A stretch of 64,000 nucleotides of DNA from a virus, in the IMG/VR virus record IMGVR_UViG_3300047509_000177, positions 27,382 through 91,381 of that record; one strand, given 5' to 3'. Below the pieces are notes generated by a model. It made no database searches. It saw only the letters and a list, made by a program, of their open reading frames with translations, and had not been told where the DNA came from. Positions within the stretch are counted from its first letter, which is position 1. Each line of letters opens with the position of its first letter. The position numbers and the translations under genes are program-made. Shown piece after piece: positions 1-10,320 of this stretch.

Positions 1-13
1 TGCTCCACAAGGT

Positions 14-3000
14 TTGTCTACTGTAACTGGGTTTACCGGGGCAGTAAAAAGCGCTACCGAATGGGTCAAATCTCATGGACCAGAGGTAACTAAATTTTTC
101 AAGGAAGCGCGTGAAGGTTTAGAGACTATAGGAGGTCTATTATTTACTATAGGGAAGGATTTTCTTGAAGCTTTCAGTTTAAGTTCTTTAAGAGCTTTAA
201 GCGGATTTCTTTCTCAATTCCTTTTGCCAGGTCTTAGAGATGTTATAAATATAATAGGCAAAATAACTACAGCAGTTCTTGATTTCTTTAATCTATTCGG
301 TTCTGCTGGTAGAAAGGCTTTAGAGGTTCTTGCTGCTTTTGTGTTGGGGACTTTGGGTTTAATCAAAGTTATTGCTTTTATAAATGAGCTTCGAAAAGCT
401 ATTATTGAGTTATGGGCTACGATTGTTGCTTTAGAGGGATTAGCTTTTTGGACAGCTATTGGTGCAGGGATAGTTGCTGCCGCCGCAGCTTTAGGATTGT
501 TTGATAGTGCTCAGAAGAAGACTAAAATTACCACTGAAGAAATTAACAATGCTCTTGAAAGGCAAGCTGAAGCTTTAAGAACTATAAAGAGTTTAAATGA
601 TGAATATGCGAGTTCTAAGCTTTCAGTAGAAGAAGCCAACCTAAGAGTAACGCAGTCAGAACAAACTTTGGCTAGGGCAAAGCACAGTTTAGCCCATCCT
701 GAAAGACCTTTATCGCGCGAAGAGCGCGCTGAAGCTGTTATAGGAATTAAGCAAGACGAACAATCTGTTACTAGAGCTAGATTAAGCGCAAGAGAAGCAC
801 AAGAAAATTTTGAAAAGCTTCCAGAACAACAAAGAGAAACAGCAAAGAAGGAAACTTCTGTTGCGCGTAAGAGCGCCGCTGAAGCTCGTGCCCTGAATAA
901 GCAAAACACTGAAGAACTTAGGTCTCTTGAAAAGGAAAGAACTGAAGCAGAGCAGAAGATTAGTAAGGGTAGGGAAGTAGGAGGGTCAATAGGACATGAA
1001 ATTGAAGTAAATGCAAAGTCTGAAGTAGTAAAGATAAATGAAAAGATTGTGTCTAGCAACAAGAAGTTAAAGGAATCACAAGAATCTCTTGGAACAGCAG
1101 TTCTTAGAGAAAATGAAGCAATAAACTCCTCTAATGCCTTAACTTCTCAAGGTGCTTCAAAGTATAGTACTGCGTTTGCAGAAGCATTCTCTAAGTTTGA
1201 AGAGTCTGTTAGAAAGGGCGCTTCTTCTGCGCATGATGGAATGGGCAAGATAAGAAAGCTTGTCGATGATGCTTTAAAGAAGTATGGAGTTACTCCTGCC
1301 GAAATAGCTAGTGGCTCTTCTGCAATAGGCAAGGTATCTAGCGGAATTAGTTCGGCTGGTAGGGCTGTGTCTAAGGGGCTAGAAGGGTTTGCTTCTGGCG
1401 GATATATACCTGCTAAATCAGGGGGGCAGATTGCGCGGGTAGGAGAGGGTGGTCATGATGAGGTAGTTCTTTCTACAGATCCTAAATATGCGGGGAGAAG
1501 TAGAGCTCTTCTCGGCCAATATTTCTCCCGAGCGCCGCATATGGCCGCTGGTGGGTATATATACCCGTTCCACGGTGGAGCGACCAAAGGTAGAACAGAT
1601 CAGGGTATAGATTATGATCTTACTCCAGGTTCACCAATTACTTCGATTGGTGATGCTAAAATAAAGGGTATAATATCTAATTGGTTTAAAGGTCAGTCTT
1701 TCCTTTGGTATGAACTTTTAAGCGGGTTAGATAAAGGGAAAAATGTATATATAGCTGAGCAAATAAATCGTTTATCTCAAGTTGGGTCAACTGTAAGAGC
1801 AGGACAACCTATTGCTTACTATGCTCCTTCTGGAACTGGTTTGGAGATTGGTTGGGCTACTTCTTCCGGGCAAACTCTCGCTCAAGCTACTACCGGATAT
1901 AGAGAGGGGCAAGTAACTCCTGCTGGAGCTTCTTTTGGAGCTTTTATCTCGGGTCTGCAACAAGGAAAAGTAGTTGGAGGACTTCAAGCTTTTAAGGAAA
2001 TTATTGCTCCGAAAGTAAAAGGTGGAGGCATTATTGGGCAAATAAGTCAAAGAGCTTTGAATTTGGCTGCAAAAGCTGCGAATATATATCTTGAAAAACA
2101 TATTTCTTCGGGGGGAGAAGCTAATTTCGCTGGGGTAAGTGGGCATGGTGGTGCGCCGAGTGCCAATGAAGCTTTAGGGAAGCGCATGATGGTTGCTGCT
2201 GGCTGGCCTGTAGGTATGTGGCCTTCTTTGCAAGCTTTGTGGACGCAGGAGTCGGGATGGAACGCGAATAGCGTGAATTCATCCAGTGGCGCTTACGGTA
2301 TTCCCCAATCGCTCGGGCACGGTCATCCCTATAACCTTGGCGATGCTCGTGCGCAGATAGCTTGGGGGCTTAATTATATTCGTGAACGATATGGCTCTCC
2401 TGTCGCTGCTGAGGCTCATGAGCGAGCTTTTAATTGGTATGCCAAAGGTGGTGTAATCCAAGCTGTTAGAGAATTTGCAGCGGGCGGTAGAGCGCCGTGG
2501 GGCGGTAGACCAGTACCAATAATCGCTCACGAGGGCGAGCGCATTATGAATCCTGCTCAATACAATGCTACGGCCAGTTTGGCGGGAATTTCGCCGAGAG
2601 GTTTAGATAAGTATCTTGGTTATGATGGCTCTCCCCGGCAGAACTTCGCTGCTGGTGGTGGCCCTATAGCTATTGGTCAACGTTCTCAGCCTATGAGTGA
2701 ATTTGAACCTAATTTGATAAGCCAGTTTACGAATATAATTTTTGAAATTGGTAATATAAGCAATATTTTAAAATCTTTCAATAAAGTTAAAAAAGCTTTC
2801 TCGAAACTTAAAAAATCTAGTGGAGAGAATTTTGTAAAGAATCTTGAAAAGATTATAAATGAAATTGTCATAGAAACAAATGGAGTTTTGGCTAGATTGC
2901 AAGAAGGAAGAGAATTCTTTAAAGCTCGCTTGGAAAGAAAATCAGTAGAGAAAGAGTATACTGCTAAAGGTGGGAAAATACAATTAGGATCAAAAGGGCA

Positions 3001-4495
3001 GATTGGTATAGCTGAATTTTCTGAAAAAAATCTCGCTGAAGAATCGAAATATCTTCAAACCGAACAAAAAATAATTGATAAAGCTATATCTGAAACTAGA
3101 AAAATAAAACCAAAAAATCAGAAGCAAGCGCAAGCAAAGTCTACCGCATTGAAAACTTTAGCTGTAAAACAAAAAGAACTTCTTGAAACTATAGATCAAA
3201 ATGTAGAAGCTAGATACCAGGCTGAGGCTCAAACTATCCAGGCTAAAATAACTGAAGCTAATAATCAATATCAAGTTTCTTCCCAAGAACAACAAACTAA
3301 AATTTCTAAAGCTCAGGCTTTTGGTAATCTTGGAGAAGTAGGAAAGTTGGAGGAACAAACTGCTACTTCTGCTCAAGCTCAGATTTCTAGGCTAACCCCT
3401 ATGCTGGAACAAGCTCAGAAAATTGGTAATAAGGAACTTGAATCTAGTATAAAACAAGAAATTATTGGTTTACAGCAAACTATAAATACTACAGTAATAG
3501 AAAGAATCTCTAATGCACAGACTTTGATACAGAGAGAATCGGCGCAAGCTGAATCAAAAGTTGGTAGAAGGCTTGGGATTGCAAAGGTATTATCTGCTGA
3601 AGGAAGATATAGTGCTGCAAACGCTGAAGAAGAAGTAGGATTAAAAGAAAAAGGAACCAATTTACTCAATACCAGAGCGGTAGAGGAAAAACTAAAAGAA
3701 CAAGCTTTGCGGGAAGGCGATACTGCTGCTGCTATAACTTTGGGCGAGGAATTGGAAAAGAACAGTGTAGAAATAGCTGAAAATAATCTTGCTCTAAAAA
3801 ACAATGCTGCTGTGACAAGGGAATTAGTTCTTAGTCAAATAGGAAGAGAAACAGGAGTTGGAACAGGTATTTATGGGGCGCTTCGATCCGGGATCGAAAC
3901 AATAGGAAAGACAACTGGATTTACAAATGTTGCTGCTTTGATAACTACTGCAAAGGGCGAAGGCGCTGTGCTTGGGGCGGGCGAGAAAAAATATGAGGAA
4001 ACAGGAACTGAAATGGGATTTCAGACTGTTGGTATGACTGCTCAGCAGGTTCTTCAATATCTTACTTCTCCTGAAGCACAGTCTATAATCTCTAGAATAG
4101 AGACTACGGGCACAGAAGCAGAAAAAGCTGATCTTGAAAAGTGGCTTTTTGGGATAGAGGGCAACTCTGTTGCTATTTTGAAGAATACAGAAGAACTTGC
4201 GAGGTTGAATGGGCAGCTAAATCAACCGCAAAGCTTTTCTACTGCTGCTTTCAATGCCTTCAGGACTTCTTTCTTTACTGGCATGGGAGGGCTATTAGAA
4301 CCTTATTCGGCGGCGCTTCCGCCGGGATCTCGCCCAGAAGGTCTTCCTGTATATGGTTCTGGGCAAGTTGGAGCGCCTATGAGTTCAACTCATATTGAGA
4401 ATATCAATCTTACTCATCCTGTAGAGAAGCTTCATCCGGGTCTGTTGGGAGAAGAATTGTCCTACCATATTTCAGTGACACCGCCTACTTCATGA
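14..4495 (+). CDS. Tape measure protein (probably 5'-truncated by the window edge) with M23-peptidase-like and SLT lytic transglycosylase domains
   Basis: Long Ala/Gly/Lys/Glu helical protein with hydrophobic stretches; GRTDQGIDY (M23-like) and ESGWN...SSGAYGIPQ (SLT) motifs; lies upstream of the tail-tip genes. Confidence 0.9.
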   Translation: MSTVTGFTGAVKSATEWVKSHGPEVTKFFKEAREGLETIGGLLFTIGKDFLEAFSLSSLRALSGFLSQFLLPGLRDVINIIGKITTAVLDFFNLFGSAGRKALEVLAAFVLGTLGLIKVIAFINELRKAIIELWATIVALEGLAFWTAIGAGIVAAAAALGLFDSAQKKTKITTEEINNALERQAEALRTIKSLNDEYASSKLSVEEANLRVTQSEQTLARAKHSLAHPERPLSREERAEAVIGIKQDEQSVTRARLSAREAQENFEKLPEQQRETAKKETSVARKSAAEARALNKQNTEELRSLEKERTEAEQKISKGREVGGSIGHEIEVNAKSEVVKINEKIVSSNKKLKESQESLGTAVLRENEAINSSNALTSQGASKYSTAFAEAFSKFEESVRKGASSAHDGMGKIRKLVDDALKKYGVTPAEIASGSSAIGKVSSGISSAGRAVSKGLEGFASGGYIPAKSGGQIARVGEGGHDEVVLSTDPKYAGRSRALLGQYFSRAPHMAAGGYIYPFHGGATKGRTDQGIDYDLTPGSPITSIGDAKIKGIISNWFKGQSFLWYELLSGLDKGKNVYIAEQINRLSQVGSTVRAGQPIAYYAPSGTGLEIGWATSSGQTLAQATTGYREGQVTPAGASFGAFISGLQQGKVVGGLQAFKEIIAPKVKGGGIIGQISQRALNLAAKAANIYLEKHISSGGEANFAGVSGHGGAPSANEALGKRMMVAAGWPVGMWPSLQALWTQESGWNANSVNSSSGAYGIPQSLGHGHPYNLGDARAQIAWGLNYIRERYGSPVAAEAHERAFNWYAKGGVIQAVREFAAGGRAPWGGRPVPIIAHEGERIMNPAQYNATASLAGISPRGLDKYLGYDGSPRQNFAAGGGPIAIGQRSQPMSEFEPNLISQFTNIIFEIGNISNILKSFNKVKKAFSKLKKSSGENFVKNLEKIINEIVIETNGVLARLQEGREFFKARLERKSVEKEYTAKGGKIQLGSKGQIGIAEFSEKNLAEESKYLQTEQKIIDKAISETRKIKPKNQKQAQAKSTALKTLAVKQKELLETIDQNVEARYQAEAQTIQAKITEANNQYQVSSQEQQTKISKAQAFGNLGEVGKLEEQTATSAQAQISRLTPMLEQAQKIGNKELESSIKQEIIGLQQTINTTVIERISNAQTLIQRESAQAESKVGRRLGIAKVLSAEGRYSAANAEEEVGLKEKGTNLLNTRAVEEKLKEQALREGDTAAAITLGEELEKNSVEIAENNLALKNNAAVTRELVLSQIGRETGVGTGIYGALRSGIETIGKTTGFTNVAALITTAKGEGAVLGAGEKKYEETGTEMGFQTVGMTAQQVLQYLTSPEAQSIISRIETTGTEAEKADLEKWLFGIEGNSVAILKNTEELARLNGQLNQPQSFSTAAFNAFRTSFFTGMGGLLEPYSAALPPGSRPEGLPVYGSGQVGAPMSSTHIENINLTHPVEKLHPGLLGEELSYHISVTPPTS

Positions 4496-4502
4496 GGTAA
4501 TA

Positions 4503-6140
4503 ATGGCACGAGTTCAATATATAGATGTAATAATAAATAATTTAGGTGTGCCGCAGAAAAATGTGATTCTTACTGTAGTTCCTATTGCTGGTACGTCTGC
4601 TACAAACAAATTATGGAAAGAAGAAACTGGTCCTACGGAACTGGCAAATGTTATTACTAATTCTAATGGAGTCTTCTCGGTATGGCTGGATGAAGGAAGA
4701 TATGAAATAAAATTAGAAGGTACTGTTGTTAGAAAAATTGAGTTAATAAATCAATCGTCAGTTATAGTTTCTTCTCATTATGTAAAAGAAGAAAATAATA
4801 ATCTATCATTTGGATCTTCTTTATCAGGTTTGACTACTGGCAAAAATAATACATCTTTTGGAATTGGGGCGCTAGCAGGTGTTACTACTGGAGAATATAA
4901 TGTAGCTATTGGGAGTAAATCTCTTGTATCTATGGCAACTAGTGCTGGATTAGTTGGAATAGGATATAAAGCTTTAGAAGTAAACACTACTGGTATTGAA
5001 AACACAGCAGTTGGATATGAAACATTAGCAAAAAATATTAGTGGTAACTATAACGTTGCTGTAGGTTATATGGCTCTTTCCAAGGCAACTGGCCAAGGTT
5101 TTAATACGGCAGTTGGTAAGAGGGCATTGGAAAGATCTACAAGCGGATCGGGGAATGTTGCTGTAGGTAGTAATGCTTTGAATGCTTTAACAACGGGAGA
5201 AGAACATGTAGCTGTAGGTTGTGAAGCTATGCAAAATCAAACTGAAGGAATTGGTAATGTTGCTGTAGGATTTCAGGCTCTATTATCTTGTACAACTGGC
5301 GCCCCAAATGTAGCTATTGGATATCAATCTGCTCATCTTATTACTACTGGGACTGCAAATATTTCTATAGGCCGCGAATCTCTTAATAAAAATGTAAGTG
5401 GGGAAAAGAATATAGCGATAGGAAGCGAAGCTTTATTTGTATCTACTTCGTCTAATAATATTTGTATTGGCCAGGGGTCAGGAAAGGCTCTCACTACTGG
5501 TAATGAAAATATAGCTATAGGAACTGCTTCATTATTTACTTCTGCTACGAATTCTAGAAATATTATAATAGGTAGAAGTGCTGGGAGAGAAATTACCGGA
5601 GGTGGTAATGTTGCTATAGGAGTAGAAGCTTTATTTAAGACCTCTGGAGAAAAAAATACTGCTATAGGAACTGAAGCTCTAGAAAAACTTCAAACTGCTG
5701 GAGAAAATGTTGCTTTAGGGTATAAGGCTGGAAAGTTCCTCAATGCAGGATCAAAAGGCAATGTATATATTGGGAATGAAGTTGGTCCTACTTCTGAAAA
5801 AGAAGAATCTAATAAGCTTATTATCCATAACAAAGGTGTTACTACACCGACTACAGAATCTCTTATTGTTGGAGATTTTTCGGCGAAAACTGTTACAATA
5901 AACGGGCATTTAACTACTAGCCAAAATACTGTTCCGAGTGAAGTAGGACGGAGCGCTGAAATGGTTGGTGGTGAAATTACTATAGCTGCTCCTGCTGTTA
6001 CTGCTACAGGAGTGATTAATTTGTCTGAGGAGGGAACAGTAGCGGCTGGTTTGGCTTTTACTAGGGAAGTTGGTGTTGGATTTAAAATAAAATCTACAAT
6101 AACTAATACAAATCGAGTGAATTGGGCTGTTTATAATTAA
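4503..6140 (+). CDS. Tail fibre/spike with 14-residue beta-helix repeats
   Basis: Many N-[TV]-A-[VI]-G-x-x-AL-x-x-x-TTG repeats; follows the tape measure. Confidence 0.75.
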   Translation: MARVQYIDVIINNLGVPQKNVILTVVPIAGTSATNKLWKEETGPTELANVITNSNGVFSVWLDEGRYEIKLEGTVVRKIELINQSSVIVSSHYVKEENNNLSFGSSLSGLTTGKNNTSFGIGALAGVTTGEYNVAIGSKSLVSMATSAGLVGIGYKALEVNTTGIENTAVGYETLAKNISGNYNVAVGYMALSKATGQGFNTAVGKRALERSTSGSGNVAVGSNALNALTTGEEHVAVGCEAMQNQTEGIGNVAVGFQALLSCTTGAPNVAIGYQSAHLITTGTANISIGRESLNKNVSGEKNIAIGSEALFVSTSSNNICIGQGSGKALTTGNENIAIGTASLFTSATNSRNIIIGRSAGREITGGGNVAIGVEALFKTSGEKNTAIGTEALEKLQTAGENVALGYKAGKFLNAGSKGNVYIGNEVGPTSEKEESNKLIIHNKGVTTPTTESLIVGDFSAKTVTINGHLTTSQNTVPSEVGRSAEMVGGEITIAAPAVTATGVINLSEEGTVAAGLAFTREVGVGFKIKSTITNTNRVNWAVYN

Positions 6141-6141
6141 A

Positions 6142-6414
6142 ATGAGTAAAGATAATATTAAAAAATTACGCCTTGTTAAAGTGGCTGTACAGCCTTTTTT
6201 TGTTCTGGACGATGGAGAGAATATAAAAGAGATAGAGCATGGAGTTACTATAATTCCTGCTAGTGAGTGGTCTGCTTATTCTTCTGAGAGATTTCCGCGA
6301 GAGGTAAAAGAGTGGCAAAAACAAATTGATGAAGAAAGCATAATTACTCTTCAATCGGATTTTGGTCGTCCAAATCCATCCGAAATAGTTTATGATGAGT
6401 TATCGAGATACTAA
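6142..6414 (+). CDS. Hypothetical tail-module protein
   Basis: Tightly packed ORF in the tail operon. Confidence 0.5.
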   Translation: MSKDNIKKLRLVKVAVQPFFVLDDGENIKEIEHGVTIIPASEWSAYSSERFPREVKEWQKQIDEESIITLQSDFGRPNPSEIVYDELSRY

Positions 6415-6427
6415 TTAGTAAAAATAA

Positions 6428-8071
6428 ATGACATTTGTAATTGAACCAGCAGAAGTTTTATCTCCAGAATTAAAAGAAGAAAAAAATGTTCTGGGTACAG
6501 TAGCTAATGTTAAATACTACCATCAAGCTGCTGCATGGGATTCGCCGCTTTCTTTTGGGGTTCAAGCTTTTATTGAATATAATGGATTAGTTCTAAATGA
6601 TCGTCATCAGGCTGATCTAATTAGAGTCAACCATGTTGGGGGGCTGGATGACGCGGAAGTGAGAGACAGTAGAGAGCCTCGCCCAGGAGAATCAGGGGAA
6701 TACGCATACGACGCCTTCTATGGAGGACGTAATTTAGTTCTAAGCGGCTTTGTTGAAGCCGGCTCTCTGGCGGCTTTGGGCACTCTTTCCCGGAATTTAA
6801 AAGCCGCTTTTGCGTCGCTTAATGAGTCATATCTGAAGTTTAGGTGGTTTGATGTATATGATCCGTTTGATGATCCTAATACTATTTTAGAATATAATCC
6901 GAACGCTAGCTTAGTTGGGGCGCCTAGTGGGAACTATTCTCCAATTATAGGTTCTTTGAATAACTTGAAGATAGAAAATGGTTTGTTATTGTGGTCTAAA
7001 GCTGGGAAAGTTGCTTTTGTAAGATCGTCTGATAAAAGAACTTTTTGCGACACTCAGATGACTATAAAGTGCATTGTTGGAGAAAAAGATTCTTCATATA
7101 TAGGATTTATTTTGTGTGCTAAAAATTCTGAAAATTACTTAGCCGCTGTGTATGAAGAGAATTCTGGATCGCCTACTTTGAAAATAGTATCTGTAATAAA
7201 TAATGAAGAACATAAATTAGTATCTAAAGAAATTACTTCTAGTTTGCGCCCTGTTGTAGGGCAGCCTATATGGATAAGAGGTCGTAAGGAAGGAAATAAT
7301 ATTTATTGTGAGTTTTATAATGCGATTCCTACCGATAATTCTCTTCCAAATTTTTCTGTGAATACAAATCTTTTTGGTGAAGATGAAGAAATATATGGTG
7401 ATGGTATCTTATCCGAGGTAGGTATTATAGGAAACCAAGTAAACACTAATTGGGCTTTTGATGAATATAGAATTGAATCTATTTATCCTGGTGATATTCA
7501 ATTTAAAGCCAGAAAGATCAATTTCTCTATGGCTGATGAGCAGACCAGTTTAACAAAGTTTAAAAGGCCATTCCAAATAACTATGAAGACTTCTGATTTC
7601 AGAGCTTTCTCTTCTGTAAAATTATCTAAATCTATTTATCCTACAAACGCGACTTCTGCTCCTGCGTTGGGGCGTTCTTATCCAAGAAAATATCCTTTAA
7701 GTTATAGAGTTTTTACTTCGTCAACTTTCCCTGCTCAATCTAATTTGCTGAGTATAAATAATAGAGGGTCTGTCTACGTAGAACCAATTTTATATTTATA
7801 TGGTCCTGGAGAAAATATTCTTATTGAGAATTTAGCCAATGGCCAGTCTCTAGAATGGCTCGGTGCTATTTCCGAAGGTGACTATATAGAAATTGATTGT
7901 AGAGAAAAAACGATTGTAAATTCAATAAAATCTAATTTTTTGGAACCGCTTGTTCCTACCACTGAATGGATACGAATAGAGCCTATGTGGAACGATATAT
8001 ATATACAAGGTTCTGGATTTAAAGAAGAAGTTACTAAATTTATTGCGAAATTACGCCATGGATATATGTAG
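6428..8071 (+). CDS. Distal tail protein (Dit) with inserted ConA/lectin-like domain
   Basis: N-terminal Dit-like segment (GLDDAEVR..EPRPG..G...FYGGRNLVLSG) and C-terminal galectin-like NNRGSVYVEP...IEIDC...WNDI, separated by a beta-rich insertion. Confidence 0.65.
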   Translation: MTFVIEPAEVLSPELKEEKNVLGTVANVKYYHQAAAWDSPLSFGVQAFIEYNGLVLNDRHQADLIRVNHVGGLDDAEVRDSREPRPGESGEYAYDAFYGGRNLVLSGFVEAGSLAALGTLSRNLKAAFASLNESYLKFRWFDVYDPFDDPNTILEYNPNASLVGAPSGNYSPIIGSLNNLKIENGLLLWSKAGKVAFVRSSDKRTFCDTQMTIKCIVGEKDSSYIGFILCAKNSENYLAAVYEENSGSPTLKIVSVINNEEHKLVSKEITSSLRPVVGQPIWIRGRKEGNNIYCEFYNAIPTDNSLPNFSVNTNLFGEDEEIYGDGILSEVGIIGNQVNTNWAFDEYRIESIYPGDIQFKARKINFSMADEQTSLTKFKRPFQITMKTSDFRAFSSVKLSKSIYPTNATSAPALGRSYPRKYPLSYRVFTSSTFPAQSNLLSINNRGSVYVEPILYLYGPGENILIENLANGQSLEWLGAISEGDYIEIDCREKTIVNSIKSNFLEPLVPTTEWIRIEPMWNDIYIQGSGFKEEVTKFIAKLRHGYM

Positions 8072-8080
8072 AGATATATT

Positions 8081-8818
8081 ATGATTCCTACTGAATATTA
8101 CAAAGTAATACGTAGAGAGTCTTCGCTTGTATGTTATTGGAGGCTCAATGATTCGGCTGGGACCAGGGCGATAGACTGGGCTGGGAAATATAATTTAAAC
8201 GGTATATATGATGGCTCTCCTTCTTCCGATCAACCGCTTATCAGCAATGATGTGGCTGCGGGGTCTAAATTATTTGGATCGGAAAATCAGAATATGGAAG
8301 TGCCGAATGCTGTGCCTTTGCAAATAGTGTCTGGGATAGGGGTTGAGTTTTGGATTTTGCCGCTTGCTGCTACTCAAACTTGCTCGTTGATAGGAAAGAT
8401 GAATGCGGCTTTTACTTTTCCAAATCCATATAGAGTGGGATTAGAAAATGGAAAAGTAATTTTTTCTTTGGGAAATGGGATAAATAAAACTTCAGTTTCT
8501 TCTAGCTATGTATTGCCTATTTCTATTCCTTCTCATATAATGGTTACTTCTTATAGAAATAAGTTAAGAATTTTTATTAATGGGGTAGAAAATATTTCAG
8601 CTAGTTTAGGTACACAGGAAATAAAAGATGGTGGGCAGCCTGTTTACACGGGCGAACTAGGAAATAATTCTTCTAGGTTCAATGGGATGCTAGGAGAGTT
8701 GGCATTATACTCTGAAGCAATTGGATCTACCGAAATAAAGAATCATTTTAGTATTGGAAGAAATATAATATATAAAAAGCCATATTATACTAATTTTGAT
8801 AGACCTTCTTATTCATAA
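8081..8818 (+). CDS. LamG/ConA-like minor tail protein
   Basis: YWRLNDSAGT...VEFWI...FINGV...FNGMLGELALY LamG pattern. Confidence 0.8.
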   Translation: MIPTEYYKVIRRESSLVCYWRLNDSAGTRAIDWAGKYNLNGIYDGSPSSDQPLISNDVAAGSKLFGSENQNMEVPNAVPLQIVSGIGVEFWILPLAATQTCSLIGKMNAAFTFPNPYRVGLENGKVIFSLGNGINKTSVSSSYVLPISIPSHIMVTSYRNKLRIFINGVENISASLGTQEIKDGGQPVYTGELGNNSSRFNGMLGELALYSEAIGSTEIKNHFSIGRNIIYKKPYYTNFDRPSYS

Positions 8819-10059
8819 TGTCAGAACCGAATGTGAGATGGTCTTGGTGGCTTTGCAAATCTTCTAATTTAGCTCAGATTGCAGATCTGACAAGTGCCCA
8901 TAGTAAACATCTTCAGTTATTTCTCAATCAACCAGGGAGTGCTACGTTTTGGCTTCATTTGGAAGATGAAAGAACTAAATATATAGAGGAACATAAGACT
9001 TGTATTGTGTGCTATAGGAATGGAAAGGCTGTCTGGTCTGGGCCTATTTTTAAGTGTGTTGAGAACGCAGATAATACTTCTAATGCTACTTTACAAGTAA
9101 CTGTTCTTGGATGGTTTGAGTTATTGAATCGTAGAATAGTTCATACTGGCAGAGAGTGGGAAGAAATGGCTGTGCGATATTCTGGCAAAACTCCCTCCTC
9201 TGAAGAAAAAGCTCTAAAGGAACAGTATGAAATAGTTTTATCAGAAAAACTATATACTCCTGCTTCCACTGAATCAGCTTTGCAATTATATTATGGAAAA
9301 ACTTCGGAACCATTTGGAATTCCTAGAAATGAAATTGCAGTTGATTTAATAAATAGAGCGAACATAGATGTACCTACTGGAATCACTATTGGCCTAAATC
9401 CAGAAGTCTCATCGCTGAATTATACTGTGCCCCAATTTCATCCTGTAGGCGAATTAATTACTCAGCTTACTTCTATTGAAAATAGTTTTGATTTTAATAT
9501 AGACCCTATTACTAGAAAGTTTAATATATATTATAACCAGATTAAAGCAAATACTACTATGTATGGGCTGGGGCAGGATCGCGGCCAAGGTGTTAGATTT
9601 ACTTATCCCGGCAACTGTGTACTGGTTAATAGAGCAGCAGACGGAACGAAAACTCAGAATCGTACTGAGGCTCAGGGCCAATTTGGAGTTGGGAAAGCAG
9701 AATCGCTATCTAGTATCTCAGAAAATGGTCTTTTTGAGAAAAGTGAAAGTTTAACGGATGTAGTTAATATAGATATTTTGATAGCCTACGCAAACATACA
9801 AGTAGCCACTTTAGAACAACCATTCAAAATTCTTACTTTCAATCCAAGGCCAGTAAATAACTCAGAATCTTATGGAGTACCTAGACCGTTTGAAGATTAT
9901 GAAATAGGGGATATTTGCTATGCTACAGTTTCTAAAGGTCCACGATTTAAAGTAGGATATCCTAATCCACAGCCTGTCAGAATCTTTGGTATGTCGGTGG
10001 ACATTGGAGATGATGGCGTGGAGCGCGTTAGCCAGATTCAGACTGTATATTCCCAATGA
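8818..10059 (+). CDS. Baseplate hub/Tal-like minor tail protein
   Basis: LNQPGSATF...YRNGKAVWSGPI...YEIGD motifs typical of actinophage minor tail proteins. Confidence 0.7.
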   Translation: MSEPNVRWSWWLCKSSNLAQIADLTSAHSKHLQLFLNQPGSATFWLHLEDERTKYIEEHKTCIVCYRNGKAVWSGPIFKCVENADNTSNATLQVTVLGWFELLNRRIVHTGREWEEMAVRYSGKTPSSEEKALKEQYEIVLSEKLYTPASTESALQLYYGKTSEPFGIPRNEIAVDLINRANIDVPTGITIGLNPEVSSLNYTVPQFHPVGELITQLTSIENSFDFNIDPITRKFNIYYNQIKANTTMYGLGQDRGQGVRFTYPGNCVLVNRAADGTKTQNRTEAQGQFGVGKAESLSSISENGLFEKSESLTDVVNIDILIAYANIQVATLEQPFKILTFNPRPVNNSESYGVPRPFEDYEIGDICYATVSKGPRFKVGYPNPQPVRIFGMSVDIGDDGVERVSQIQTVYSQ

Positions 10060-10319
10060 CCAAACCACTTTTGAAACCTAATTTCCCGGCCGAATATGGA
10101 GCGCTGAGAAGGAAAATAGAAACGTTAGAAAGAGCTTCTCTACAATCTTCAATTCTATTAGAAGTAAATACTACTGGATTGAGCAATGAAGAAATAGATA
10201 AGATAGTGATTGGCGGTGGAGGAGGAGAACCGCCAAATGCAAAGTTAATATCAGATCCTACAAATAAACTATTATTAGTGCGTCAGGCTGGCGTTTGGAG
10301 AAAGGTTTCGGTGACTTAA
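10056..10319 (+). CDS. Small minor tail protein
   Basis: LRRKIETLER coiled coil directly after the hub gene. Confidence 0.5.
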   Translation: MTKPLLKPNFPAEYGALRRKIETLERASLQSSILLEVNTTGLSNEEIDKIVIGGGGGEPPNAKLISDPTNKLLLVRQAGVWRKVSVT

Positions 10320-10320
10320 A

